Source: Catajapyx aquilonaris (taxonomy: Eukaryota). Taken from it: DNA of 64,000 nucleotides. The DNA lies in contig JYFJ02001779.1 of NCBI GenBank assembly GCA_000934665.2, positions 1 through 64,000 of the forward strand, given 5' to 3'. A program made the translations under genes and the position numbers. Positions 39,901 to 54,900 of the stretch are shown piece by piece. Under the pieces are notes generated by a model that worked only from the letters and a program-made list of their open reading frames with translations, was not told where the DNA came from and ran no database searches. Positions within the stretch are counted from its first letter, which is position 1, and the number at the start of each line of letters is the position of its first letter.

Positions 39901-42900
39901 CTATAGGCTTTAAAACTTAGTTTGGACCGTGATCTGAGTGCATGAACTCTACGAGACTCTGAGAACTTCCTGCGTAAAGAGTGCTATATGAAGTCAGGCA
40001 TTGTCGTAAGTCCTTCTCCAACAATTCCTGTGGGACGTCTTTGAGCATTTTTCAACCTATCCGGACTTTGTACTAAGTGGGTTTCATTTTTTTTGACAGG
40101 TTTAACCCTAGAGAGAGAGAGGGTAGAAATACTGTATAAGGCACCTCGCTTCGAAATATTCTTCTGTGGGCATGTGGTTTGTGTTCAGTAGTAGATGTGA
40201 TATCATGGTGATATCTTTATTTTAAGGGTACATTTTTTCGAAGTATTTGGGGAATGATATGGGGAAATGATTTTGGAACCAGGTACGAGTTCTACACTTT
40301 TTCCATTACGAGAACAGTGTAGTCAGATTGCGGGATGTACACTGGAAGCAGGGACATTACAGTTGCCATAAAAATGATCGTGTCTTTTTCGAGAGAGCAA
40401 TTTCCAGACCATCCTTAGCATGAAATGACGATATTTCGACGTCCCAACCGGAGTCACCAATGGGACTTGCATGTGACAGCTCTTACACGACTCCAGGTTA
40501 AGAATAATCGGGTACTGCAGCTAAAAGGTTTTTTTTTAGTACGTCCCATTCATGTTTGCCAAACGGTTTCGTGGATTCCGATTCGTATGGTAAACGGGAA
40601 GCATTCACCATAATGCCTACTAGCAGTCAAGATAAATCTTTTACGTAGCTTACATATATTCTGCTCCTCACTATATCCCATAGACACTCTGGGAGAAAAA
40701 CCTAGCGAAAACTGACGATCGATGCAATCTTCAGCTGCGAAATTTTTGCGCGCTCTAATCCTCATTTAATCTTTCATTACTGCGCAGAATTACGAGCTTA
40801 CCCGGTTGGCAAGAATCCACTTACTAGCGATTGTCCAGAAGGTGCAGACATAAGTTGCGATGAGTATGAGCAGTGGAAGGACGAACATGCAAGCCAGAGT
40901 GAAGGTGGTGTACAGTTGTTCGTGCCAGAGTTCCTTGTAGAAGCCGTACGTGACGCACTGGTAGAATTCCTCGTAGAATGGACCTCTCGCCACTCGAAAT
41001 ATCACTCCCTGCAAGAAGAAAAGAGAAGATAGATGATATAAAATCACATCAAGAAACAATCACACGTGAAATGTATTTTACAGTGTTTATTTAAAATAGC
41101 AATATTTTTGCAAAATATCCAGTAATAATCAGAAACGCCAATATTCTCCATTAAACCCGGAAGCCCACGCAAAATGAAGCTTGTCTTTAAGAATAGGGTG
41201 GAAGCAAGGGTGGAAGGGTTTACAAATTTCTCACGAGAGGTGGGAAATTGGCTCTTGATGAGAGTTCTAAAAGCCACTACATTATACAGAAGCTGCGAAC
41301 CAGGTTGTTCCAATATTTTGGGACTGCTCTTCATAACGTCGCGTCGGTAACAATATGACCAATTTGCATAATCACATTTCGGGCATAAATGTTCATATGC
41401 GTGGCAAATTGAAATTAAATTTGAATGAGATATGTGGAGACTGATGCTGGAAAAGGCGCAGGCTTTTGAATTTTGAAATTTAAAGACAGCTGTGTGGGCC
41501 ACTGTGTAATTCATGTAGCATGTGGATTTCTGAGATGGAATTTTTTTTCTCATGCCTCGCTTTCCGGCTTGGAAACGCGACATTATGTAAACATTCCCGT
41601 CGGTCTGACGACATTCTCGCAGGTCTCCATTTGGTATAATGACATACACTGTGGATGACCTTGACTTGTCACATTTTCGCCTCCGCCAACTTGACGACTG
41701 TCTCATACACCTTGAGCATCCCAAACGACAGAATTAATCCACGTCTCAACACGAAACGTGATAAGTAGCAAAGAGGAGATGAGGTAGGCAGAAGCACCCC
41801 TTGATTCGGTTGTAAAACCGGAGATTGTCCTTTTGGCCATATCCAAGACAAGAGCACAGAGGAACGTGACTAGAAGCCAACCGACGGAAACAGCTGAGAC
41901 AGCCGGAGATTTCAGTGCCACTGGTTGTTAGACTGCCTTTTTGTCGTCGGTACAAATGAAACCAAGCTCAAATGAGACGCTCCGGATACCAATCTATATC
42001 AGCAATAAACCGAGCAATAAACCGGGTCCTATTGGTTGTTAGGTCAATACCCGCAAAGCACATTATACAGCATGAATCATAAGCGAAAATACAAGGCAAG
42101 TTCCTTGTTCTTTTGCAATGCGAAGGATTTCCGGCATCACTGAACCAGAAGTCTGGGCTTGGCTGGAAGACGCGGGTTTTTATTGGATGGCTTACTGCTT
42201 GAGTTGGATCATTTAGATGCGAAAAGGGCGGCAGGATCGCTGGAGGAAGTTCTCCAACAGTCAGTATATAAGTTTCACCTGCAGGAATAGAGTGGACTCC
42301 GAGCAGATATCGACCGGAAATTTCAAACTTTGCTAATTCGTTTTAGTGACCTTATATTCTTCGGATAATAGTCGCTGAACGGTCTCAAAAGTTTCTTAGC
42401 GTCTTCTCTCTCCGGAATTGTAATCCCCACTCCCTGGTGGATGCAGCAAAGGCCTGTAATCTTCGTAAAAGGGCAACAATGCAGAAGCTGCCTGTAAATA
42501 TATATACACATCACAGCTATAATCTGAATGTCAGATTCCGGTAATTTCTGGTAAGGCGAAAATTCCGATGGAAAATCACTGAACCCGGTTGATAAAGAGT
42601 CCTTCAGTCGGAATTTATTTACTCTGACTCTTGGCATCAGCCTGTGTCAACTGTGGCTCGCGAGTGACTAGATTCCTTAAAACTGAGTAGACTTGAAGGC
42701 TTTCACTCATAGAAATTGTTAGCTCAGGGACGAAATTTTCATTTCCTGTCAATCACATCCATTTTAATCTCAGCTTAGAGTCTGATATACCAGGGAAATA
42801 TGTCCCGCAGGGCATGGAACTTTAATGGTATACTGATAAAATATAAGGGCGCAGTTACCTAGTCAAGCAAGGGTAACGATTGCGAGGTCTTGAATAATTT

Positions 42901-45900
42901 ATTTAGAGAGACACACGTGCACTTTGGGATGCATGTGCTGGTGTTTCGGTTTCATGTATGAGGTGTACGTATAAGTTGCATTCATGTAAGTCAACTGTTC
43001 TTCGAAGAATAATGCTTCACCTGGGTCATGAAAATGCAAATGCGAGTCAACAACACGAGGGAGAGAGAAGAGTAGCCTTGCATAATGCTCCTCTGGTGCT
43101 CATATTTTATGGACTGGGATCTAGAGCAAAATAACAAAATTGTGGCATCCAGCCTTGTTTTGTGTACAAAATGAATATCCGATTTTTACAGAGTCGTGCT
43201 TTGCATAATCAAATTAGCATAGTTTTTGATCTGCTAATGTAAAGAAGCTTACTGAATATGCAGAGGTGTGAGAGTTGAACTCATTTGTGTATGTAATCGT
43301 AATACTTTGCGTGTAAACATTTGCGCTTAATAGCTCGTTTCATTTCTTTGCATCGCCGCTGTACCTACCAAAAAAACCCATTATCTCTCATGTAATTCTG
43401 TGTTTATGCTAGTAATGGTAGAGTTACCTAAGCTGCTACACATCAGAGCGAATAATATTTTACTAATGGAACTTTCTTCAATAAAAGCGGAACTTTACAT
43501 GTGATCATCCGAATGTCCCCAGGCCAGTAACGGAATTTCCTACATATTATTGCGTCTTGGGAAAAAATACCAATACCTTTCTCCAGGAATCATTTTGAAC
43601 TATACTATGTCATCACATTCTAGATTTTGCAATCTTCTTCAAAGCCAGCTCAGTCTTCCATCAGGTCCTATATATATATACCCTCCTGATCCGATGAACC
43701 GGACGCGAACCGAGGTAAACCACCGAGATCACGTCTTTTTTCGACGCACTATCTATAATGTAAGTCCAGGTTCGATGATCTTACATCTGAAGCACGGACC
43801 TGCAAAGCCTGTTGAGAACAAAGAGGTTTAACCCTCCAGCTGACCGATTTCCCACACAGTGTCATGTGTCAAAGAAAACGTGCGGCTGTTACTGAATCTT
43901 TAAAATAAATCAAATACTATATGGTCTACCCTTCCAGCCCTTAAAATGTACTGTCCGTAGGCAAGTGCTGACATGATGAATCCCTTAGTAAAATTACAGT
44001 AGGTGGATCAAAGAGAGAGTATTTTGTAAGAGGCAGCAGATTGCAATTACTTAGCGGGTAGATCAAATGGCAGCGAGTTGGTCGATGTAGAATGACAACG
44101 ACCTGCAGAGATGGACTCTCTTTGTACATGCACGCTCAGCAAAAAGGCAACTACAGTTTTTGGTTAATTTTTTTGGACTGAAGCAATCTGATATTACTAT
44201 GGTTAATGTGCTGCAACTTTCTGGACACATGAAGTCGCTTCTATTGCTTCTGGACCCTTTTCCTTGAGCAGCATTACAAATGTTGACCTTGTCTGGAAAA
44301 GGGAGGGTCTCAGGGACCATGAGAGGGATGGTATTGATTGCAACAATGGGGAAAGTTTGGGGACGACTAGTGAGAAGTTATTGCGCCAGTTCTTTTAGTG
44401 GATGTAAATATGACCTTTGAGCTTCGCCGTGTAGAAAGTGAGAGAATGTTGCAAAAAGTTTAAGGCACTTCCAAATGGAAAATTTTGGGGAGGTTCTTGT
44501 GCGAGACAGGAATAACGTTTTTGGAAGCTTGTTTGAAGTCTGGCTCCCGAAAATTGCGAGGGAATTGTATTGTGGTAGGACAGTGATTGAGCTCAGATTC
44601 TAGTCAGACAGTTCTACTGTATTTAAATTCCAGGCATTGCTTTTTCCAAAATGATTCTGGAATTATGTTAATAAAATATTTTTATAACAAGTAGGAGGTG
44701 AAACAATGAATTATTATCGAATCATAAAATGTAACATTACAAATAAAAATACGAGATTACTCTCATTGAAGCTCGTAAATAATTCGAGGCAAGTTGTAAT
44801 TCTGCCAGAGTTTAACCAACTGTTGATTGCTCCCAGGTCCCTATGTAATATAGGGCCTACATAATTTGAAATTTCTTTTCCAAATTATTCTAGAATCTTA
44901 ACTGCTGCCATGCAGTAAATAAGAAATCTCTCTTCGATTTGAGATTGCAGCTGTGTTGGCAGCGGTACAGAGGAAGCGACCTCTTTGGATAACCGCCCGC
45001 ATCACTGTAGGAAATCAGAAGTGCATTTTCCGCTCGGGGCATCATAATTCTACTTATAGACTAGAGCTTATTAATTTAAACTCCCGTCTTCCATTTTTGA
45101 AGAAAATGGTTTACATGGGAGTGCTGAATGGCTTAATCCTTCTGGTTCGCATAAAGGTAAGCCGGGATTAGCAATCTCGCCGTAAGCCCGGATTTCAAAT
45201 TATAAAACAAGATCGCAAATCTGATTAATTTCTGCACACTTTAAGTGTACGGGGAGGATCAACTAGGAACGATGAATAACACTGCTTACACTCCTTACAG
45301 AAACGCCGCTAATTTAAAGGATTTATATAGCCATTTGAAAGTAACATTTGATAGTATACCTTGCTCACCTGACGAGTCCAAAAATATTTATAGCCTACTG
45401 TTATTTATTTTTATCCCGGATGGACCACGGTGGGTCAAGATTAGATTCGAATACGAACCTAGGGCACCTTGTATATCGATGCTTGGGTCATGTAATGGGG
45501 TCATTATTCTGTGAGATATTTTAGCAGTCAAAAATGCAGATCGATTTTCCGATCAAATTTTGGATGCTAAAAATATTCATTGGGCTCGGTAATAACTCCA
45601 TTAGATAGCCAAATATTGATTTACTGCGGAAATATGTGCCTAATTTTGACACCCATGGCCGATACTGGATCTGAATCAATGAAGGTTGCTTTTTTCATCC
45701 CCACAAGAAGGACATTTAAACTGCTAAAAATAACTTTTTTCTCCTTGCCAGAAATCAGCTGAATAATCCGGATTTTTGTAATCATTGATCCTTCCAATCA
45801 TTAAATGTATTCCCATGTTCAGACTTCATTTTCTACCTGATCACGCTCCAATATCAGACCCCCTAATACAAAAAGTCCCAAAAGGATCGGTGCGATTACC

Positions 45901-48900
45901 TCCGACGTCTATAATTCGTTCCAATTTCCAGTCCCTACAGATTGGTTTAACTTGTACTGTTCAAGCCATGCCCGAAATACGTGCTTTCTCCTAACTAACT
46001 TCCTGTTCAACCCAAAGAAATTCTAAGTTAGATCTAAGATCTCCCATGCTCCGTTTCTGTCACACATTCTCAAGCTACATACTGTATATGAACACCCTTT
46101 GACCTTGTAATCCGCATTTCCGCGCTACTCTGTGGACTACCAAATGACGTGTGCCAATAAATCCCAAATGATGGCTCTAGGACTGATTGGATGGTGACCC
46201 ATTTAAAAGAGATGACAGCGACGAGGCTGTCTTTATTGTGCACTTCATTTGGTGAGCGTTATTGTGGGCGGGAGCTGCCCATCGATTTGCTCAATCCGGA
46301 CAGTTTAGGACAATATGAATGGCCGAATTTTCGACACTTTAATATACCGTAGTAGCTGCTTTGTCGCGTCAATTTGCATGCGGAAATTTAGAACACTCGG
46401 GAAGTAGATCACACTTGAAAATTGGGGCCATGTTCATGATGCTTATTTGTCTCTCTTGGTACTCAATTTCATGAATGTTGCTTACAACATTTTCCCCTGG
46501 TTGTGTGAAATTTGCACAACCTGCAAGGAATTATTCCTCTTTGACCTTCTAACGGTGATGGGATTTTGATATGGTAGGATTTACAGAGATAACTGGATTC
46601 ACACTAGCATGCATTATCTACGAGCTCTCTGCTTGGGCTGTCTGCCGGTATAAAGAATGTATGGAATTTCGCAGATCTTTTCCCTGGAGCAAAACTTGGG
46701 GAATCTCGTCAAGAGAAAGATATCCTACTCATTTCTTCCAAATATTTCTGAAAACGAACATGCTGTGCAACAAGCTAAATATAGAAAATCATCTGCCAGA
46801 ACAAATAAAAATTCTGCAATGCACTGGTTTCCGCATCAATGAATAATGAGTCCATTTCATGTATGTTTCATGCCATGCATAATGGTATTCAACACAACAA
46901 AGTGTTTAGTGGTGTACTGTGCATAATGAAGGTCATACCTCACCAGGCGGGGGCGACAATGTATGTCTTTTGTCCCCTTACAGTAGGTTATAATATTGAA
47001 TTTCTCATGTGCCAAACAGAAAGTTAGTCTGCTCTGCTTCTCTTTTCCATTGATCGACTCACGACACAGCCACCTGCCATGCTAATTTTATGACTAAATA
47101 TTTAGTGTGAACCGCACTATACTGTAACTTCACTTTCTCTTGGGAGCTTCTGAATACGGCCGACCAGTTTATATATTCCTTTGGACAGTGTTATATAACA
47201 CTCAGAAGGCATAGAGCTCCCTGAGGGCAGTTGTAATAATAGGGAGTGTGATAATGTCAGTATAGATCGTTGCCGCCAGTTCACGTCAGTCCTCTTTACG
47301 TTGCATACAAATCGGCCTTGAATGAAGTTTGCTGGGGCCGAAATTGATTATCAGCTGTGTCAACTTTGCAAAACTCTCGCATAAGATCGGTTCGGGGGGC
47401 AGTTCGCCACGTAGAAACCCGGTCATTGAAGCAAACACACCTATTTGCACTGGTGGCAAAAGAGCGTGCTTGTAAAGTACGGGCCACTTGCATGATTGAT
47501 ACGTCTAATGGCATTGTCAAATGCTCGTGCCTGTCAGGTGTGCTATGCCATTTGCTCTGTTTTTAATAATTGCCATCTGCGACGCAATGAGTCGATATTT
47601 TTGCTAAAATTACGAATTCTGCAGAATGCTCAAAAGTGCCGGAAGAAACTCAGGTAATTCCACTTCACATGTAAGAACCTGTTGATCGATACTACTTGAG
47701 TGTCGAGCTCCACAAGTGCTGAAGTGTATGCTCCTTCTTCATGTAATACACATGAATTATGTATGACTTCCCTGCTAAGTTATTCGGCGGCTGCTTCCAA
47801 ACTTGATGCGCAGTTTAAAACGAACTTAACTACACCCGTCTAAAGGGAAGGTTTGACCATACGATTCAATTATACTGATCCATTATGCTGTCAGATGCAG
47901 ACAACGATTTAATTTTTGATTTTGCGCCCCGTCTTCCAACCCGGTCCGAGCCCCAGAAGGGTATAAATAAAAACGCGGAAAAAAACATCATTTTGTGTAG
48001 AATCCGGGCCTGAATTTCTCTCGGATTTCGAGCAGGTACGGTGTATTCAAATTGCGGTTATACCTGGAAATCCTCGGATTCAGAATCACCCGAAGCGCTC
48101 TCTTTGACTTGCCGGGTTTTCGACGTCTCGGCTAATTAAAGTGACGGAGTAATTGGATTATCTGGAAGGAAACATGGGGCTGCTTTACAATATATGGCGG
48201 GCACTGCTTCAGTTGACAGATTGAACCCCTGTCTGCTCTAGAAGTTTCGTCCCGTGTCCAATGGGTGTCCTTTTGTATGTCCCTGCTCCATTGTTGCTTT
48301 TCGCATGTGCCCCTTTGTGTGGGCTTGGGTTCCGTATCTGGTTCGGATGCTGCGATTACCTCCAACAGATGGTACAGAAGGTAATCGCATTACAGCAATT
48401 CCATCTCCCTATTGGTCACTCTCGCTGATTGCAATTTTGAATGGTGTTTGTTGTAGTTCGTTGGAGCGCGAGACAGCTCAGCTCTTTATTTTTGTGGTGG
48501 ACGTATTCTCTTGCGGTCTTCATGCGCATGTTTCCAGGGTTTGTAAAATTCAGTTTTTAGGAGAACCAGATGCTGCGAGGAGAAACTCGCGTTCGTTATT
48601 AATTTCGTCTAGAGCGCAAAAAATATTAGCATATGCTGACGCAACCACTACAATGTACAGTACTGGCCGCATGTCGCTGGCTGCTTACATATTCAGTCGG
48701 GAATTGAAGTTTCTTCGCGGCGCAGTATTGGAACAGGTTTGAGTGATTTTTTTTCCAGCCACAGGAATTTTGTTTCTCCAGGCTGCACTGTAGGCTCAGA
48801 ATCATAAAATGCAATCAAATTTTGAAAGAAAAACGCAACAAACAATTTTGTGTCACTTTCGGAATTCCGATCGAAGTCACGGAATCAATCCACGTTCATA

Positions 48901-51900
48901 TAGGTTCTCAGCAAAATTGGTATTAGTTTGTAAATGAAGTTTGGCCAAAGAAGAACGATTTCTAGATGCATTTTTATTGCAAATTTGTTGTCGTACGTCT
49001 AAACTTCTGTCCGAAATATTTTTGTCAATGCGTATTGTCCTATGCACCCAGAAGCAGGGATTGAGCAGAAATAAATGAATGGATAAAAAACTGGGCAAAC
49101 AGGCATGTGAAAAATCTCATTCTGATGGGAGGTACGGAGAGCGAATAAAACGGACAAAGCTTGTGTCTGATGTCCAATTTTCTCCGGATGGATTTTCATG
49201 GATTCCTACCGTTTCCCAGCAGATGAACTATGAAAGGGGGCGGAGAGGGGATGACAATGAAAATCTTGAGCTCCGGAGCATGTTGATTGAAAATCTGTAC
49301 CTGTCGCGACATCGGAAAGTTGTCAACGGAACCGATACAAGTGAGGACATATGGTCCGAAAAAGGAAGATTTTCAGTCATTCTTCTCAACAAAAGGAGTT
49401 GAACTTTATGGAATCGGCAGTAAATTGGAATATTTTTATGTCGATAGGAATAACGGATTATTTTTGACCGACAGCTGTCTAAATTCCGGCTCTATTTTTG
49501 GATCGCTACTTCTCGAAGATAAGTTACTTGTAGGTGCAACCTTCAGCACCAAGAAAGAAAATGTGGGAGCTTGCAATCGATAATATATTCTCATACCCTG
49601 TGTGCTGGTAGAAGCAGATTATTATTTTTCTCCCTTGCTACGGGAAAGTTTGAGGTTCTACAGTGTCACAACCGACGCGCCTTTTCGAGCTGCTTGTTAT
49701 TAGTTACTTTCATAGTAATAAAATATTGTTATCTTTGAGGTAATTTAAAAATCTCTATGTAACGCTCAATCAGTTCAGCAGGATATGATACGGTGTTATT
49801 TCTTAGACCAAAGCTTTCATGTTATTTCTGAGAAACAAAGAAATAACATGGAACAGAGCCCATCACCTCGCAGATTGTTATTTGACGGCTCGATACCAAA
49901 CCTCGCCTCCAACTTTGGCCATAATATTCAGCATCCTTTCCTTCACATACAGGAAACCTGAACGTAAGAGTAAATCCTCCCAGACTTGAATCAAGTCACG
50001 TTTCAATAGAACTCTAGTTCGTTTCTGAGCATTTCGCAGCCTCGTGATGCATAGAAGTATAATTATAACTCCCACGATTCTAGGGTGGTTTTGCTTTTAG
50101 GAGGTGCGTTTTCTCGAGCAGTTTAATTCAAGTCGAAATTTTCTATCATTTGCGCTCACGAATTCTCTCCCTGGAGGACCCAACTTCCATTCCAATCACG
50201 TACTTTTTCATCCTCATTCCTTGTTCGTGTCACACCATTGATTAAAACCGTCCATTGGGAGAGGGATGATTCCAGCTATTCATCATTTCGTTTGCGTCCT
50301 GACCTTTACAAAAATGTAATTTTACAGACAGTTGGGTCTAACCGACAGCCAGATCAGAGCGGCCATTTTTTTACGCAGAAAATAGCACAATACTTTATCT
50401 TAGATTCAGTTTGAACTGTCAGCATTTATCATTCCAAATTAGAATATGGCCATGGAAGAGACACAGAGGGAAATAAACTGATGGCAGTCGGCGCAATGTT
50501 TAGGAGTTATTTTTACACAAGCAGTTCATTTCATCACTGTCGCTTGTGTCTTATGAAAACACCAACGGTGACATGGATGCCCTGGACCCGAGGTCATCAG
50601 GAGTCTGTGACACTGCAGAAGTGTAATTATAGTGAGGGTCTGCTTTTGTAATGCAATTCACTACGCTTTACAATGTGTTTTGCTTGGCGAATAAAGGCTT
50701 ATCCTTTCCACCTGTCTGGTTCACACATCCACTGGCTTGCCTCATTAGCTGAAAATGGAAACTGCAGTAATTATTTGGTACCCACCTCCTCTCTGTAATT
50801 GCAGCTTGCCAGTAATTTCGGTAAACCTTTGCATGCTTTGGACATTTTGCAACTTTTAATGAGGGCAACACACGCTGTGTAGACGTTAATGGGAATTATT
50901 GTTTCGACGCTTTACTCACACTTTCATCATGTCATCCCCAAATAGTTGCGGTAAATGCTACGGATTTCTCCAATTCACTCTCTCCTGTAGGGTTCAGCTG
51001 GAAAGCATCAGTCTGCCCTTGATATCTCAAACTTGTATGGAAACAAACTTTAGCTCCGTAAACCCCGATTTGCCCCGATGCACAACAATGATCCTGTTAC
51101 ATACAAACAGACCGAGTAATTCGCCAATAAAATCTGTAAATAGAAGCCAGCGTCTTCCTCTCCTTGTGGAACCATGCAGAGTCTGTTGTGGCTGACTTCA
51201 AAGTCATGGCCTCCAACCCTGATCCGACTAAGAAACAGAGTTCTGCCTTTGTGACCGCCTCTCCGAGGTTAGAGGAAATAGCTTTAGAAGCCAGTGACAC
51301 CAAACTTTTGCATGCTGTTATGGGCCATTATCAGGAGAGCCAAACTTAATCCTCAAACTTATCCAGTTTCATACCCATTTTGTGCCTATTTGCATTATAA
51401 TTCGTTTGCTTTAATATGCTGCCAGACCCTATTTTGGTTTTAATATTAGCCCATCTAATGCAAGTATGGGGAGAGACTGTAACGGTGAATTACAGAGTTT
51501 AAAATGTTACAAATTTCTGCAACGACTGAACTTAATATATTACTGTTAACTGTACAGTAGGCCTACATGTACATTAATTCATGCTAATTATGTTTCGGTA
51601 CATCTTCATGCGTATATTATTGCGCTGATTTAGCAGAGTTTCTATATACAGTGCAGACTTCACAGCATATAATTATTAACCATTTCAACACTCCAGTACT
51701 GTCTTCATATTGGAATATATTCAGAATTCCAGTCCAGATTAAGCACACACGTGGCTAACACACCAGCTCGAGTGCATAGCATACGAGTTGGCGCCTTCCT
51801 AAATTATTCATTCGATTCTTCCCGGACGTATAAACGGCCATGATTCTTCCCCGCAGACCTGTCCCAACGCGTAATTCCCATGCAAAGTAGCGGCGCAATT

Positions 51901-54900
51901 CGTTTTAATTAGGCCTGCACTCGTATGCTTGCGAGCACGCATAAGTGTCACCTCTCGTCGCATCCAGTCGACTCGAACCGCTCAAGCCACCAAAGTTAAA
52001 GCCCAACCAGGGAAAAATATCTTGAGACCCCCTCGAAAAACAAGTCTAATTAGCTTGTTACGCCAACCGATCCCTTTCGTCGCAGTCCTGGTTTTGATCG
52101 GATTTGGGTCCTGCTTCCACCGCCATTTTGCCAACACTCGGTGCCGTTTCATCCACGGGAAAGTACACACACTTTGGAACCACACTAGGTACAAGGAAAA
52201 GAGACATGGAGACAACTGTTGTAAATGGAAGTGAAGGCTCTGGGGCTATATGCTTGGAGGAGAAAGCACTCTTGCGTCGCAACAGATTATTTGTTGCCGG
52301 CGGAGGAGGGTCGCCCTCCATTAACCGCCGTTGTTGGAGAGCGATTTGGTTAACCGGCGTTTAAGCTTTTCTGCTGCGCTGATGGGATAAGGTTCTTTCA
52401 GGGTAATTCCAGTTTTTTTGAGGCTGGAAGCTGGGTCTTGAAGCGTAAGCTGCTGATAGCCAAGCTGCGTGAAACCAAGACTCAGAGTAGATATTGCAAC
52501 CTCACTCTTTTATAAGGATATTTAAAATCCGTTTTGGCAGATTTATATGGATTAGGAAAATTATTTTTTTCATGATGATGAGTAAGCATAGATATACTGT
52601 GACTGTAATACTAATTTAGGCCTCCTTCGTGATGCTAAGAGCACCCAAGTGAAATACACATAGTTAAATAACACTTCCTTTGATATGATCACAACATGTG
52701 ATGGAATGTTGTGAAAAATTCGTTAAAACATTTTTTTTCTAACATGAATTGGGTAATTTACTGCCATGCAACTGGATCCTGTTGCATTTACAAAGAGCAT
52801 CAACATTAGAGTTTAATGCCTGCTGACATGGAACAAGAGCTTCGGCCCACGCTATTTTCTAAACAGTTTGATTAACTTTAATTTATTATTAATGGCTGTG
52901 ATCTAGCCGAAACTGCAGAGCCATCCCAATTAGATTTTGTTGACAAGCCCTGTACCAACCCATGCATCGATCAGGGTTTACTTACGGTTTGTTAATTATT
53001 TACAGGAGATAGTAGTTGTCAACAATACTCATGTTCGAATTTTGTTTCATACATTACAGTAAGTATGTTGATTACAAGGTTACCAAATTGTACGCAGTGA
53101 TTGAACTAATGATTTTGCGGAAATATCTAGAAAGAAGCATTAATTTGTAAAAACGGATAGAGTGAGTCCGCTTTTGATTTTCATTATTAATAATAGCGAA
53201 ATAATACACATTTGTTGCAACTTAACATGGTATTTAAAAAAATAGAGAATAATGGGAACCTCTGGTGGCTTAATGAATATTTTTTAAATATGTGGAGATC
53301 AAATAAACTTCTGCCAACCCGCACTAGCTTATTTTTCAGGGAATGCACTTAAAAACTTTTCAATCATCTTTCATCCAGTAGGAGTAATAGACGCTCTTTG
53401 TTCCGTGCAATTGGAGTGCGCTGAGAGTCTTGCACACTCGACAGGTCTTCCATTTGATTCTTGTTAGGCGGAAGTAATCAGAGTTGGAATTGCCCTGGAC
53501 AAAGGCTCTAAAACTTTCCGCAGTTCCTTAGTGCGGGTATAATCGAAGACTGTCCTGTCACACGTAAATAGGTTTAAGACATTTTGATAAGGGAATTACT
53601 CTGCTGGAGACAAAAATCAATATCTATAATTATGCATATAATTATGCACTTATTTTTCATAAGCTTCTTGATTCCTGCTTGCTCGTGAGAGCCTTGCATT
53701 TATGACACACCCTAATTAAGCGCACGTTATTAATCAAATCAGAAAAAGGGCTCATTGATTTCTGATGACCTTTTGTCAGGCACGTTGTCCACTGCGTGAC
53801 AAAAACCTTTTCCGATACGTTACGTCCTTTCTGACGTAAGCAATCACCACGACATTTGTGTGGGATCAATAAATCTCCCTTTTCTCGACGTTTATATCCG
53901 TGGAACGTCCGCATACTTGGTAATTCCTAAGGTTTTTGGGGCGCTAAAATTTATAGTGGTGTCAGCAAGAAGGATTCTTCCTAGTTTTCTCTGAAAATCT
54001 GTATCGATAGATTGCGGCTGACGACAAGGCTGAGTCTCTGCCGAAAAAGGTATTTCTTTTGATAGATAATTTATGAGTCGCTTCTGACGCGGCATTTCCA
54101 GGCAAGAGATGGTTTAATCTTGATCTGCATCTGCGTCATTGAAATTTTATACCAGCGAAATCTACATACCCACAGTTACGCTTGCGAAAAATTTACAAAT
54201 ATCACATGGGTGTAACAATATTCGTGCGTGAACATAGTATTCGAAAAATTTACAGCCATTCATAGTTGAAATTATTTCATTAATATTTTTCAGCACGTGT
54301 TGCATAATTTATTGTGGGAATATTCTTTTGTGCGAAATTCCACACGCATAAAAATGCGAAAAGTGCACGCTCCAGCCCCCGTGGCACAATCGCATTATCC
54401 TGAAGTATGGAGGGTATTACGTGTACCTCCGTTATTTATGACGCTAATTCGTGGTCTAATATGACTGCAATGGTATTCTATGAAACAACCTTACTCATCA
54501 TAAAAGGGTGATACAGTTTCTTGCGTTCCTGGAATACGGGGTATGCAATAAAGGTCTTTCTCGCCCAAGAATAGTCACCGTCGCAAACTTTGTTGGCTGA
54601 CATTATTGAAAGTGGACTCACGGGAGCAGCAGAAAACTCAAATCAGGATTGCTTCATCGCATCCTCAGTTTATTGGGGAGACTTTGCTTTCATGGTATTG
54701 AGCACTTTTGACAGGATAATTTGGCCCTGTTTAAAGTTTAACTTTAAGATAGGCCTTACCTCTCATGCGAACGATTGTGTGGTAGCGTCATGTTCAATTT
54801 ACTCAACGAGCCGTGCAAGATTGCAGGGCTTGCTTTATGCAGATAAGAAAACGTCAAAGGTGCTAAACCTCAGATACGTCACTCGTCAGGGCTTCCCACA

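Noticed and set aside
41044..41724. 226-aa minus-strand ORF next to CrzR exon 2
   Set aside because: Intronic, no domain-like features, and exon 1 joins exon 2 cleanly without it.
44063..44420. Possible LINE reverse-transcriptase relic on the minus strand (LKELAQ...VPE...GKGSRS)
   Set aside because: Only a few short motif echoes; no YRPISL, QxGFR or YADD recognisable. Needs a profile search.
45400..46086. Possible Tc1-like relic on the minus strand (TACAGT start, QNNDP/DPKH-like fragment)
   Set aside because: No partner TIR found and the motifs are too degraded to support a call.
52278..52330. GC-rich hairpin GGAGGG-TCG-CCCTCC as a possible Helitron 3' end
   Set aside because: No CTRR terminus at the expected distance; a stem this short is expected by chance.
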